Assembly: GCF_006345805.1 (NCBI RefSeq)
Contig: NC_043004.1
Span: forward strand, 15,996,001-16,060,000
Reading direction: 5' to 3'
From: Octopus sinensis
Lineage: Eukaryota
DNA: 64,000 nucleotides
Of the stretch, positions 37,952 to 53,978 are shown in pieces; positions within the stretch are counted from its first letter, which is position 1, and every line of letters starts with the position of its first letter. The notes beneath the pieces are model-generated. The model saw only the letters and a list, made by a program, of their open reading frames with translations. It was not told where the DNA came from and made no database searches. The position numbers and the translations under genes were made by a program.

Positions 37952-38347
37952 GAAGGCGTAGCTATGTGGTAAGAAGTTTGCTTCCCAACCACATGGTTTT
38001 GGGTTCAGTGCCACTGTGTAGCACCTTGGGCAAGTGTCTTCTACTGTAGCCTAAAGCCGACGAAAGCTTGTGAGTGGATTCGTTAGACGGAAACTGAAAG
38101 AAGTCCGTTTTATAAATGTAGATTTATGTATGTGTGTGTCTCAGTGTGTGTTCCTCCCACCCATCACCGATTGAAAGCCGGTGTTGGTGTGTTTAGGTCC
38201 CCGTAACTTAGTGGTTCAGCACAAGAAACGATAGAATAAGTACCAGACTTGATAAATAAGTCCTAGTGTCGATCAATTCGACTAAAAATTCACGGTAGTG
38301 CCCCAGCCTGTCCTCAGTCTAAAGACTGACACAAATAAAATAATAAA
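37951..38347 (+). mobile_element. SINE family B copy (diverged)
   Basis: ggtgaaggcgtagctatgtggtaagaagtttgcttcccaaccacatgg... Confidence 0.85.
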
Positions 38348-38384
38348 AGTATATCTGTATATATATATTATATATATATATATA

Positions 38385-39400
38385 TATATGAAAAAACAAG
38401 TCAAGATAGAAAATGCTAAAATAATTTTATAAATAACATTTCAATACTGATTTCGGTCATTTTGAGACCTTTTCAACTGTACCGATTAATTAATTAAATT
38501 TAGAAAAATTAAAAGAAAAGTGTTTTTAAAGGAATATTTATATAGTGTTCAAATATAAGTGGCATTTCCTTGTTTCTGCCTTTCTCTGTCTCTCTTGTTT
38601 ACACTTGTGGATTCGAGGTCGTTGTGAATTCTTGGTAGGGTAGAAGAAGAAGACGGATGATAGGAGAAGGGGTGGGAAAATTTGGGAGTGCCTTGATTGT
38701 CGTATTTTGAATGGTCAGTGGCGGCTAGCAGTTGCAGTTCAATTCATGAGAATATTTCTATTGAAAGGTTTGTTTATAGAATTTGCGTAGGTGTTATACT
38801 AAAAAGCATTAGTGATTAAGTTAAGAATTAGAAGGTGGAGCAGAAGAAGAAGAAGAAGAAGAAGGTGATGATGACGATGATGATGATGACGATGTTGATG
38901 ATGATGAAGAAGAAGAAGAAGGAGAAGAAGAAGAAGAAGAAGAAGAAGAAGAAGAAGAAGAAGAAGAAGATGACGATGTTGGTGATGATAATGATGATGA
39001 TGAAGGAGAGGAAGAAGAAGAAAGAGAAGGGAGAATATGAATGAGTGGAAGTAGTGAGGTGTTGTATGACTTGAAGTTGGCCCGTTATGGGTTATAGCTG
39101 TGATTGGGGCTGATTTGTAATGGATTCTTTGGAATGTAATATTTGCGTGTGTATTTGTGTTATTCTAAAGCTGAGGTGTATATATCGTTTGTCGTAGATC
39201 CGTTAAGAAGTGGCCTGCATTTTGTAATAAAGAGAGTTTCTTTACTTATTCGTTGTCTCGAGGTTGTATCGTCCCTGAATTGATAGAGGGGGAAAATCCT
39301 GAAGCTTGATGTTTTGTTGTTGGCGCAAGTATCTATGTGTTGGCTGAATGCTATATTTTTGTTTTGGGGGATTTTTATTTTATATATTTTATACATATAT
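38385..39400 (-). mobile_element. Penelope-like element 3' end (GIY-YIG C-terminus plus pLTR)
   Basis: ORF 39160-39396 FSQHIDTCA...FRIFPLYQF...SKETLFITKCRPLLN resembles PLE endonuclease C-termini; pLTR 38385-38620 ends in (TA)n; interrupted by (GAA/GAT)n 38835-39040. Confidence 0.75.
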
Positions 39401-40232
39401 ATATATATGTATATATAAATCTTAACCCTACATTAACAAAATTATATAACCATCACCGAGCCTAGGTCACAGGACTACATTCACCAGAATTGATTTTGCA
39501 TCTTTTCGGACCTTCTATATTGCTTTATCTCAAAGCCTCTTGGCGATTATTTATTTCGAGGAAGCAACACAAGCCGTCTTCCTGATAATGGACATTCGAT
39601 GCACGCTACGATGCAAAAATGTTGCCACGTACTTCAACACAGGAGACCATTATTTTCACCACTTATCCGAAGCACGGGATTTCCGCACACTGCAGATTAC
39701 AAAAGTAATAATGTTTCCTGCTCGAACTTGGAGCCACGTCAATGATATGTTTATATGAAGCTTTATTCTTTTATTGCTACACCACCTGTTATTTCACCTT
39801 TTTGTACTTCAATTTTTCCTTCCGCCATATTCTCCCCCTACCTTATTCCTTCATTTCATCGTTTTTCCTTCTCTCTTTCGAAGGACGTTTTTCTTTCTGT
39901 TACTAATTATTGCCAACGTATAAAGCTCGGGGTGTATGACGCTCCAATTCTGTTACAGCCAGTTCACAAAGACAGAAATTGTAAGCTCCACCCCTTGCCA
40001 TTTATAGGACAAAGTCGACGCTTTATGGTAACTTATGATTAGTATAATATTATGAAATATTTCACTTTGTTTTCTATGTAAGAAATACTGTGGTTCGACA
40101 CAGAAATGGGGTTAATAAATATGGTTATCTGAAATTAAATGTTTTCAGTAGATCGAATCAACTTTCACTCTGCAATTAAAATTGATATACCTTAGCAAAA
40201 AATAATTGATTGTTGGTACCTACTAACACCCG

Positions 40233-40282
<50 letters not shown>

Positions 40283-40283
<1 letters not shown>

Positions 40284-40630
40284 GTATAAGGGTGGAAAGG
40301 AACACACGAGTTGATATATATGAAAAAACAAGTCAAAAATAGAAAATGCTAAGATGATTTTATAGTGAATCTTTCAGTACCGGTTTCGGTCATTTTGAGA
40401 CCTTTTCAACTGTAACGATTAAATAATTAAATTTAGAAAAATTAGAAGAAAAGTTTTTTTAAAAGAATATTTCTGTAGTAGTGTTCAGATATAAGTAGCA
40501 TTCTGCCTTTCTCTGACTCCCTGTTTGCACTTGTACAAAGGTCTCAAAATGACCGAAACCGGTACTGAAAGATTCACTATAAAATCATCTTAGCATTTTC
40601 TATTTTTGACTTGTTTTTCATATATATATA
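40283..40630 (-). mobile_element. Solo PLE pLTR with about 90-bp 5' inverted duplication
   Basis: 40314-40405 and 40537-40630 are near-perfect inverted repeats; embedded in (TA)n. Confidence 0.85.
40375..40412 (-). ncRNA. Minimal hammerhead-like motif, TTGAAAA core variant
   Basis: CAG-TTGAAAA-GGTC TCAAAAT GACC-GAAAC CG GTA^CTG; ACCGGT palindrome; homolog at about 38437-38478. Confidence 0.6.
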
Positions 40631-42649
40631 TATATATATATATTATAAATGTTAATAATTTGATCACAACGGTTGTAAAGTTATCTACTTAATATAATCA
40701 ATCATGTTTAGTCAGTATATTCAATCAATGTTAGGCAACGGTTAAAATTGTTTATTTAGTTTCCTTTGCACGTAGACAGTTAATTGTATTATGAAAATGG
40801 ACATTAGCGCCAATGACGTGGTTATCTGAATCGTAATCGCAGTGGCTAAAAAAATATTGTTTAGAGTATTAATTATGAATATGAGCATTGAATGTGGTAG
40901 AATCGATAATATTTCGGTATTTATTTTGCCTTTTTACGAAATAAGTTAAAATTACACGGAAACCATTGTTAATTTTCAGCATTTCGAAAATAAGGTACCA
41001 ATATTTCGAAAATAGTGTACCATTAGAAATACTGAGGTAGAGCTTAAATTAGTTATGCATACTCATAACAGATTACTTTTGTAACTTCTCCCTGAGATGC
41101 TTCGTCAGGCTACAGATGCAAATTCAATACTATTTTCAAAGACTAATGTCAAAATTTTGCTTTCCTTTTTATCACATTTCTCACGATTCATATGTTATAT
41201 CACTATTTATCAATTGTACAGTATCTTAACTTCTACATATTGTTATTTTTTCTAATATAGCCAACTTGATAAAACTCGCATACTTATAAATCTATTTTGA
41301 CATATCTTACATATTGCTGTATTTATATCAGCTAAACTTTTTAATGTTACGCTAGAGGGTCGCATTTCCAGCGGCAAAGTTAATATTTATTTCAACTAAA
41401 TAATGTGTAACCTAAAATGTAAGATAGATGGAGATACAAGTCATTACATACTGCAAACAAGAATCAAGTGTTTCAATTACACATTTTAGGAAAATCTAGC
41501 AAATTAATATTATTGGAAAAAATTTTGAGTTTGTCGAAAGTGATACAGTGTTTATCCTTGCTGCATTATAGATTAGTGGTTTATAAAATAACAGGATATT
41601 AAGGCATTATTTTATCAGGATATGTAGGCTGGGATAACTACTATAACGATATGACGTTATTTGAAAACATTTTTTTTTAATATCATGCGTCGTATAAGTA
41701 TGTATGTTATGAATCACGATCTGAAATGAAAATTAATGTTTCCATGAATTCAGATAGGTCACTTCAGCAATGCATTAAACATATTTAGAAATTCCTATGA
41801 TCTACGAATGCACTATGACTTTCATTAGAACGAGCATTTTAACATGGATGTGCAATGTCCGTATCAGATGAAATTAAAGAAATGTTTAAATCTTCTCGAT
41901 CGTAATCATCCCAAAATCTATCTAATTATATTTTAACAGCCTGTATCAAATTCAGCTGGAAGATTTGAGATCTAGCGGATATTTCCTTTAAAATCATTAA
42001 TTGGTTTGTCGCTTGTCATTATAAAATGTTTAAGTCAAAAGAAAATTTTTATCTTAAACGCAAACATTATGTCAATATCAAAGACAGACTTATGATACCA
42101 TGATTTGAATGAAATCTAGCTTTATATCCACTCTATATTAAAAGATGTAAATTGACTAATGAAACTTTGGAGGGTACATAGGTATTTAGGCATGAATAGT
42201 CATTAAGAATTTAATTAAATTACATTTACACATCTAAGATAAGTGAGTGAAAAGATGGTATTTGTGTGTGATTGTTTGTTTCTGTATGGTCGTCTTTGGC
42301 TGTATTTTTAAAACTTCGTATAGACTGACCTGCGATATCTATTCCGGCTCTTTGCAATCTGAATTTAAATACCGCAGTCACCAACTTCATCATACTTGAT
42401 TTTGTGCTCGACAAAGTAGCAGTAATATAAAGTTGCTATGTCTTTAACTTCTTAACATTTCTTATTTTCTGATTATCAAACTCATTTTTTCTGCAAAAAT
42501 TCACTGTGCACAGACTAGAAGTGGGGTAGTCTCCCCAGATCTAAAGTATATTTACGTCATACTGTAGGTTATGGCGGGACACCTATTATTTAGGCTATGC
42601 TCACTATCTCTCTCCCTCATTTTCTCCCTCTTCCTCACTCCCTCTCTTT

Positions 42650-42682
<33 letters not shown>

Positions 42683-42770
42683 GGTATATGTATATATGTG
42701 TGTGTGAGTATGTCTGAGTGTATGTATGTATATGTGTGTATATATATATACATATATATATATATGTGTT

Positions 42771-42808
<38 letters not shown>

Positions 42809-43643
42809 TAGATATAGATGTGTATGTATGTATGTATGTATGTATGTATGTATGTATATGCAGGAGGGTGTATCCTGTGTATGTGTAGAAACAATAGAGA
42901 GATAGGCATATATATATATATATACAAATATATAGATATGTTTGTGACGAGTAGCATTATATCAATAAACTTTAAAAATTACCCGAGAGAGAAAGAACTT
43001 TTCCTAAGGAATATGATATTTGCTTAACACTTGACAAGTTAAGGTGGGGATGCAGAACATTAGCGTCGACGAATATGTGCGTGAATGTGTGTGTCTGCGT
43101 GTCTAGATGCATGCATTTATAGGGTAGGTTGCAACTTTAAGATGTGGTAAGCAATTTGTCTTATTTGGAATCGATGGGTTAGCGAAGCGTAAATCTTCGC
43201 TAAACTCCACACATTGGATGTATCGATGTGATACATTCATTTTCTACATCAGTACAATTTCCATTGTCTTCGGGCTCCAATTCAACAATGTAGATAGCCT
43301 CGAATTGGAATTCGGGTTGGGTTCATCATCATTATTGTAATTATTATTATTATTATTATTAATGCTGTTGTTGTTGTTGTTGTTTTCTTCCTTCTTCAAA
43401 TTTTCTTCGATTTCACACCTAGGGCAGAGAAACTCATTGTATGCAATCCCAGATTACACACGCAAATTCACAGGTAAAATATGTATTTTAAAAAATTATT
43501 AACTAAATAAATTCATGAATGGATGTTGTTTTCACAGTGATAATGCTCTTCTCAACACATGAGCTGTTCCAGTTAACACGATTTTTTTGCACTTCCTGTA
43601 GGGATGGTAACCCTGGTATCATTTTAAAATAGGTTTCAATAGC

Positions 43644-43705
<62 letters not shown>

Positions 43706-43706
43706 T

Positions 43707-45770
<2,064 letters not shown>

Positions 45771-45774
45771 AATA

Positions 45775-46225
45775 AGGTGAGCTGTTAGAACCGTTTGCAC
45801 GCCGGAAAAATTGCTTTCCCTAAGCGTCATTTCGTCCGTCGTTATCTTTTGAGTTCATGCCGAAGTCGACTTTGCCTTTCATCCTTTTGAAGTTGGTCAA
45901 AAAAATGTACCAGTTAAGAACTGGAGTCGATTTAATCTACTTTGCTGTGTGCGAATCTTTGAGACCATTATCTTTATTGCAGTTGATATTGTTGTTGTTG
46001 TTGTCATCGTCGTCTCTGTTGTCATGAAGGCACCGAGCTGGTAGAATCGTTAGCACATCTAGAAGAATGTTTGGCAGCATTTAGTTTATTGTGTGTTTAT
46101 TTTCCGCCGATGTTGACTTTTGATTTCATCATTTCGAGGTCAATAACATAAGTTTTTTTGTTTTTTTATCACTGCGTTCGATGATGTCGACTGAATCGCT
46201 CGCTCGAAATTGCTGGCCTTGTGCC
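45775..46225 (+). mobile_element. Two diverged SINE A copies (45775-45962, 46030-46225)
   Basis: aaggtgagctgttagaaccgtttgcacgccgg...; gcaccgagctggtagaatcgttagcac...gctggccttgtgccaac. Confidence 0.75.
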
Positions 46226-48702
46226 AACATGTGAAATCACTATGTTTCGAAAGACGCGATTGTGCATCAGGTAAATTCCAAGGATGTCAACTTTGTTTTT
46301 CAGCTTTCCAGCGTCGATAAAATAAAGTACTAGTCAAGTTCCGTGTTCAATATACTCGACATTACCCCCAAACACATACAATACACTACAGCCGCTGCAA
46401 GTCTGACTAAACTTGAAACCATTGTTAGTGTTGTTGTTGTAATGTAACCTATTTTGATCAAATATTGTGAAAACTTGTAGGTTGCGACTCCAACTAATAA
46501 TACCGCTGGGAGTAAAGAAGCTCAAAAAGGGAACAATTGATAAAAGCATCGATAATGTTAAAAAAAACATTAAATATTATGAAAAACGTGAATAAAGAAT
46601 AAAAATCTAAAATGGCCAGAGGACAGGAAGGAAAAATTATACAGGAAATACTCAAGGGTAACTGCGTATTGTGAGGGGAGGGAGTAAGAGTGAGATGTTA
46701 AAAGGAATGGTTCGGCTGATAAGTGATAAGAGAAGCTATGGTTTTGAATGCAAGGGTTGCGGCAGATTTGTGTCAGGCATTAAAGTGTATGGAAGTTATA
46801 TAGAAATAGAATAAAAAGAATATACAAGGACAAAAAAAGACAATAATGTAAGGGAAAATAGTTGGAGATCAAGAATGATAACAACAAGATGAAAGACGAT
46901 AAAAAGAAAAGGAAAATAAATATATAACTAGATCAGGAAATAAAATTAAAAAAACTTTTGTGAGGGAACGTATGAAGTAGGAACAGAAATTCTAATTGTC
47001 GAAATAATCTGTAGCCAAATAATGTGGCTTGTTTGTAAAGTAAAGTGGATGGTTTGTAGTCTATGAAGGGAGATATTCCGAACACTGTATTTCAAGGAAG
47101 AGGAGGTGGAGATAAAAATGTGAGGAAAGGACTGTTGGTTGTTTCAATAGATGGAAGTGGGGAGCTCTAGGTTTAATGCTAACAATCCATTAAAAAAAAT
47201 TAGTTGAGTATGAATAAAACAAAAGAGGATAAAATGATAAGTTTGTAAAAATTGTGCAAAAACAATTATATAAATCATAAATATGGATAACAGTAACATT
47301 TAAATACAGAAAACTTTGATTATAGAGTGATGTTAGAATCAAGATATAGAGAAACTCCTTGCAAATTTCGATACGTGAAACATAATGCAACATATTTCGA
47401 AGGAATATACTATTAAAGTTAGAGTATGGATTTGAAGTATGCATGATTTTAAAGTGCTTATGGAAGCAGAAATATTATTCAAAGGAGAAAGTCCTTGGCT
47501 TGTAATATTTTGAAAATTTGCGCGAAACATATTTCCTTCAACCCTACAGCCAACATAATGTTAGAATTTAGTATTTCACCATTCTTAGACTATATCGTAT
47601 ACTTTTCTTTTGGGGTACCATATATCGGAGGCGCTAGAGTTTGCTTTCCCTCTAGAGATGCGGGAGAAAACTGTGGGCTGGTTGTATTTCGTCTACAACG
47701 GATGGACATTGTATCTGATGTAAAACTTGATGGACTAGGCTGTTACAAATTGTCTATGTCCAATTTGGCTGCAGTTAAGAAGGATGTATGCCAGGAATTA
47801 TAGAGTTACAGTTCCTATTAATTAGAGGTGGCATGGAAGATCTCTTATGATCAGAGAATTTGGATAATGTCATAGTTTATTGAAGATTGTGTTCCGTATA
47901 TATCAAGTTTTTATTTCAATTACATTCTTTTAAACAAAACAAATATTTTTAACTTCATGTCTTCCTTAAAGTTATAGTACTCAAGGTTGTCTCACAGCTT
48001 CTAAAATTTCGTTCCCTTCTCAATTTATTTCATTTCTTTCTTTTACCTTTCAGCAACATCACCATAACCAGCATACTCTTCTTCACTTTTTCTCTTCCAT
48101 CCTCCTCCTCTTCCTCATTCCCCCTCTCAATTCACCTTTCACTTTCTCCTTCTTCGATTGTTTCTATTTTTTTATCTGCATCTTCAGCTTTTCGCTTTCT
48201 TTTACCTTTCTTCGTCTTATAGTTCACACTCACTTTCTTCGTCCATCTTCCTTTTATATATATTCTATTACATTTCTTATTTCCCTATTCAATAAATAAC
48301 AAATTCCAGGTATATTCTTGTGACATATCTCCTCCAGAGAAATCCATGACATCTATTAACATTTTAACCTTTTAGCCATTCACAGTTTCTCCACCTTTTA
48401 TTTCTCGATCCGTCCACACGGCACATAAAGGTTTCGATTATTTTTCAAATATATTTTGTATGAATGGTTTCTAACCACAATAGTTCCTTCGACATCTGCA
48501 TTACAGCTACTATTACATTCTCTTTATTTCGTTTGCATCATTTTTGCATCAGAGTATTGTTGTGGTCGTATTTATTGTTATTAGATCCTACGCTGGTTTA
48601 ACATTGTGTACTTGGCACAGAAAAATCTAAACAAAATCCAATATGCAACAAGCATGTGACCAGGCCTGAAGAACAGACACTCACGCAAATAAATGCATAC
48701 AA

Positions 48703-48783
<81 letters not shown>

Positions 48784-49643
48784 CAGTGTACATTTAAGCA
48801 CAAATTTTTGCTACCCTGGAGTGTATTAATATATGTGTATATATTTATATATGTATTATGTATTATGTATGTGTATATGTATGTATCTATAGCTTAGGAC
48901 AATCGGTAAGTTTTCATAAGTCATAATAGTACACAGAGTTTACATTCTGGAGCTATATATATATATATATATATATATACACCCATGTATGTATGGATAT
49001 ATATATACATATATGCATATATATATATATATATATATACGTATATAAGTTTGTGTATGTGAGTGTGTGTTTATTTGTGTGCATGTGTGTGTGAGCGTGT
49101 GTGTGTGTTTGTGTGCGTGTGTGTGTGTATAAATCATAGTTTTAAGAAACCTTAGAGTATAACAAATATACTGCCACAGATATAAATAGAAACCGTATAC
49201 CTCGTAGTTATAGGTTTCATACAGTGAAGTATACTCCTCAATGGAAATATACGTACTATATTTTTTTCAGATTTTGAGTCTTTCGTATGCTCAAATGATT
49301 GCATAATTGTATAATTTTTAAACGCCTGAATAAACCTTTAGTTGGAGAATGTTTCGCATTTTCACAATTCAAAAAATGAATGCGCCATTACGTTGCTATC
49401 TTCTTCTACACACGTATTTATTTACCTACAAACACGCCCAAATGAACACATTCGGAATGTTCATTATATAGTAGAATAAGAAATAGAAAATCATTGGTAC
49501 AGTATTGTATATCTGAAAAAAAATTAACAGAAATGGCTTTGCTGCTAATTTTTCCATTTTAATAATTAGATGTTTATACAATACTATGTGTGTATATAGA
49601 CACATAAAATTATTTCACATAACAGAAGATAATATCGGGAACA

Positions 49644-49877
<234 letters not shown>

Positions 49878-50398
49878 GAGTGAGAGAGCAGTTCATGCCA
49901 TCAAAGTGACACTGGGGTAAAATATACGAAGCCCAATATACCCATCATGACCACACGTCTGATAAAGGTACACCAGGCACATGCATCACAACCATATGTG
50001 CGCGACATGGTGATCTCATATCAAGATAAACAGCACATGACCTTGCAGGTGGGGCCCAGTTAGAATTTTCTTCAGGTTGAGTAGCCCATCCCGCTCAAAC
50101 GGTCCCTGAATAAGGGTTGTTTAAGGATGTTGAAAGAACCACCCATGTTTCCAGAGGTGAACTATTCAAACCCCAAAGAATCCCTCTCAACACATGGCTA
50201 TGATGCTCCCCCACTACTTCTGCTCGTGATCAGAGATGCACATATCGTCAGCCACTAAGGGACATGCTCAACTGGTTAAGGTCAAACAACTGACAAGCAA
50301 ATCTGTGGTATTGAGCAGAATATTTGCTGTAGCCCATCTTTTATACCAAGACAAAACAATGTACATGATAACACTTCCAATCAGTTAAGATCAGAAGC
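49878..50398 (-). mobile_element. Non-coding interspersed repeat flanked by (TAA)n on both sides
   Basis: GC-richer 520-bp island between TTA arrays; its 3' end recurs at 8752-8790; no ORF of 60 aa or more. Confidence 0.7.
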
Positions 50399-50455
<57 letters not shown>

Positions 50456-50879
50456 GGCGGCGAGCTGGCAGAAACGTTAGCACGCTGGGCGAAATGCTTA
50501 GCGGTATTTCGTCTGCCTTTACGTTCTGAGTTCAAATTCCGCCGAGGTCGACTTTACCTTTCATCCTTTCGAGGTCGATGAAATAAGTACCAGTTACGCC
50601 CTGGGGTCGATATAATTGACTTAATCCGTTTGTCTGTCCTTGTTTGTCCTCTCTGTGTTTAGCCCCTTGTGGGTAGTAAAGAAATAGAAAAAAGTATTTC
50701 GTCTGCCGCTATGTTCTGAGCTCAAATTCCGCCAAGGTCGACTTTGCCTTTCATCCTTTCGGGGTCGATAAATTAAATACTAGTTATGCACTGGAGTCGA
50801 TGTAATCGACTTAATCCCTTTATCTGACCTTGTTTGTCCCCTCTGTGTTTAGCCCCCATGTGGGCTATAAAGAAATAAG
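50456..50879 (+). mobile_element. SINE family A dimer (one head, two bodies)
   Basis: gtatttcgtctg at about 50504 and 50694. Confidence 0.9.
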
Positions 50880-50899
50880 ATATTATCGAGAACAATAGT

Positions 50900-51350
50900 T
50901 GTTATATATCTTGTAAATGTGTTATACCTCTTTACAATTATATTTCATTCTTCGCTGCACATCTCGATCTAATATTTGGCATTATACTTTTCCGACAAGG
51001 CCTTATTTAATCTTACATTTATTTATGCCTTTCCTGAATATTTGTGCGATATTTTCCATATAGCTCAGTCTCCCAATCATTGTCTGAAGATTCTGTTTAT
51101 TTCGTAGTGTTTTCGTTCTTTTTCGTTAAACAAACATGTATCATTGTTCTCAATTTACTATAAGATTCTACGTATTCACATCAGCTAGCCAGCCAGTAAT
51201 AGATAATTACCAGACAAATAGCTTTGGTAGCATTTCAATCACTTTTATCTATATTAGGATATGTTGTTTAATCTATTACAGAACCGCAATGACTGATAAG
51301 AGAGAACGTCAATGCCCCCTCGTTTTCCGCTTGATTGATCAGCAGCGAAG
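50900..51350 (-). mobile_element. Decayed R4/Dong-like LINE fragment
   Basis: KRKTRG (cf. RKEGGRG) and WETELYGKY (cf. WQDKPLHGKY in 44069-44620). Confidence 0.4.
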
Positions 51351-51611
51351 AATTTAAAATGAAGGATTGCATTATTTCGTGAATGAGTAGATGTGCTGTC
51401 CGCCTTGAATAATAAAGTTTGTAATTTATTTAATTTCCTTACAGTAACATAGACAAATTATTGCATCCGACGTGACCGAATTCTTGCCACCCAAATCTAT
51501 AGTTATATAGCTATGTGCACACAAAAAACTATTTACTGATTTCATTCACTTAATGGTCATGATAAGTACTTTTACAAAGTCACTCACATGCAAATATATA
51601 TATATGTTCAT

Positions 51612-51735
51612 ATACGCGGAAACTTGGTTTATGATCAGAAGCTTGCTTCCTATTCACATAGCCCCGGGCTAAAACATACTGCGTGGCAGGTTTGGTAGGC
51701 GTCCTCTGCTATAGTCTCGGGTCGACCAATGCCTT
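51612..51735 (+). mobile_element. SINE family B 5' fragment
   Basis: ggtttatgatcagaagcttgcttcc...ctgcgtggc...ctatagtctcgggtcgacc. Confidence 0.6.
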
Positions 51736-51795
51736 ATATATGATATACATACATATATATATATATGTGTGTGTGTGTGTATGTGTGTGTGTAAT

Positions 51796-51874
<79 letters not shown>

Positions 51875-51878
<4 letters not shown>

Positions 51879-52095
51879 GACTCAGATGTTAGAGCGTTGG
51901 GTTCACAATCATGAGGTAGTCAGTTCGATTCCTGGACCGGGTTATATGTTATATTCTTGAACAAGATACTTTATTTCAAGTTGCTCTAGTTCACTCAGTA
52001 GAAATGAGTTACGGGATCACTGTTGTGATATTGCACTTTGGCTTTCCCTTGGACAACATCGGTGGCTTGGGGAGGTGAAGCTGATAAGCATGGTA
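51875..52095 (+). mobile_element. SINE family D copy
   Basis: gttagagcgttgg...agttcgattcctggaccggg...ttcttgaacaagatactttatttcaagttgctctagttcactcag. Confidence 0.7.
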
Positions 52096-53529
52096 TTCCT
52101 TCCAGGTTTTGTGAGCCGATTTTAAATCGTTTCGGAAAAAATTTGATTTTTATACATTTAGGGTCGCTAAAATAAGGTCATCCCAAGTACTAATCAAAAT
52201 GCCCACTTCAAATGAAAGTGCTGTTTTGTGAAAAATGTAGGAACAAAAAATATGAAACAAAGATTAGTCTCACTATAAACAAAACATGTTAGTAAACCTT
52301 TGAATATAAGAGGATATATATAATTAAGACTTGAGATTATCCTTACAAAATGACTTATCCTTACAAAATTTACCAATGACCTATAATATGATTTACAAGT
52401 ACAAATATTTATATGTAATGAGTTATATTAGCACCATTTTAACGGAATTTTTCTTAGTGTGGGGTGCTATTTAAACATGAAACTTTATCGAATTTGAAAC
52501 ATGTTGTCCACTGAAAACTAATTTATACAATTTTTGCAAGTTTGAATATTTTCAAATTAGTATGTAATGATCATGAAAGAAATACATATTCATATATCTC
52601 ACTTTCTAATAAACAAAAATGCATTGTATTTTTTCTGTGTGTATGTACCAAATAAGCTGTATTAGTACAAAATATAGTTTTGCTTATTTTAGTGTATAAA
52701 GAGTGATAAAATAATTATAGTTTCGAGAAAAGTATCAAAATCGTTGTTTCTCAAAGCTACAAAGTTAGACTATAATTAGACAAATTTATACACGAGAGAA
52801 AAGAATTGAGTTGAATTCCTCTCAGTAACACTGTAGCATATTTAATGAGAATAACATACGATGTTTATGCATTAATAGATTGTTGACTACCTATCGAACA
52901 TATAATCAACTTATATTATATTTCATATTTAATTCCAATATTTTAACCGTCAATTAACTCCTATGAGTTCTCGGTTCCCAATCTTCTTTCAAAATGTCTT
53001 TCTTTCTACCTTTCAATATTCCCCGAAGTTAATTTTCTAAATAACAATTTTGTATTTTCCTTCAATGTAGATATGTGTATTGTTCTATCCTTTATAAAAA
53101 AATCAATATTATATATTCCATACAAGGCTTATTATGTAAATAATTATGTAAATCTCTTTAACACGAGTGCTCCATATTATTTCCTTAAAGCTACGCTTTG
53201 CTTTTAATTTTATATCTGTACATATGTTTAATTAATATTTCTTATAAGATTTATATAAATATAGTGAAATATGTCTCTAATATACGTTTTTGAGATCTAA
53301 ACTGACAAGATATACAAAACATAATCAATATTTTATGTGGTGTAAATCAGATATGAGTCGTACTACTTGGTTTGCGTTCAGCTCTATTGTGTTGAATATT
53401 AAGTATGTATCGGCCACTTTGATACTGATCTCACCTATGTGAGCGTATTTGCTAACTCTTAACTGTGCAGAATACACCAGTACCTACACTATCATCTACA
53501 CACCTTCACATGCACACACGCACACGTCA

Positions 53530-53910
53530 ATGCGACCAGCCCCCTCCACACGCATATACACCCTCTCACATACACACGCACGCGCACCTTCGTTTTGCGA
53601 TTACCACTACTTTATTATCTCTCCTTCTTCCTAGCACTTCTGTGTGACCCCTCTGTCCGGCATTCGCCATGATAGATCGCTAGCCACTAAAGCTTTTTCT
53701 ATTTTCTCTCCCTGTTTATTTCTGTGTTCCTTTCTATCGAAGAGCATACGTTCGAAAGGTGAAAGACTTTCTCACTTCCCGAGTGTTTAACTAATGCATC
53801 GGTTTCGGGAGATTGGGAAAGTCTTCTACGTTTCGAGCCTACGCTTTTCAAGAGAAAGGAACACGAGGAAATAAACAGAGAAAAAAATTGTGGATTTAGC
53901 GATCAATCAT
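53530..53910. mobile_element. Tail-to-tail inverted pair of PLE pLTRs (family of 2465-2860)
   Basis: HARAPSFCDYHYFIISPSS here vs PRAPMFGDHNYFIISPSS at 2668-2856; arms about 53660-53782 and 53805-53910; HHR-like motifs 53730-53765 (+) and 53823-53859 (-). Confidence 0.8.
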
Positions 53911-53945
53911 GTTGAAACAACATCTTTATAGGTTTTATTTAATAT

Positions 53946-53978
<33 letters not shown>

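Noticed and set aside
39480-39750. Possible Tc1 transposase fragment on the minus strand
   Set aside because: No catalytic motif or TIR recovered.
42330-42358. Minus-strand 29-nt candidate exon reading IAKSRNRYR, faintly like the PTP KNRY motif
   Set aside because: Weak pyrimidine tract, motif not exact, and the next residue cannot be the expected D or N.
43180-43320. Hairpin cluster (TTAGCGAAG/CTTCGCTAA, ATGTATC/GATACAT)
   Set aside because: No match to an RNA family I recognise; stems of 7-9 bp arise by chance in 64 kb.
46600-48500. Purine-rich then pyrimidine-rich tracts, possibly L1/Tx1 ORF1/endonuclease remnants
   Set aside because: Only one weak motif (GRGGG..VRKGL..SIDGSGEL); too decayed to call.
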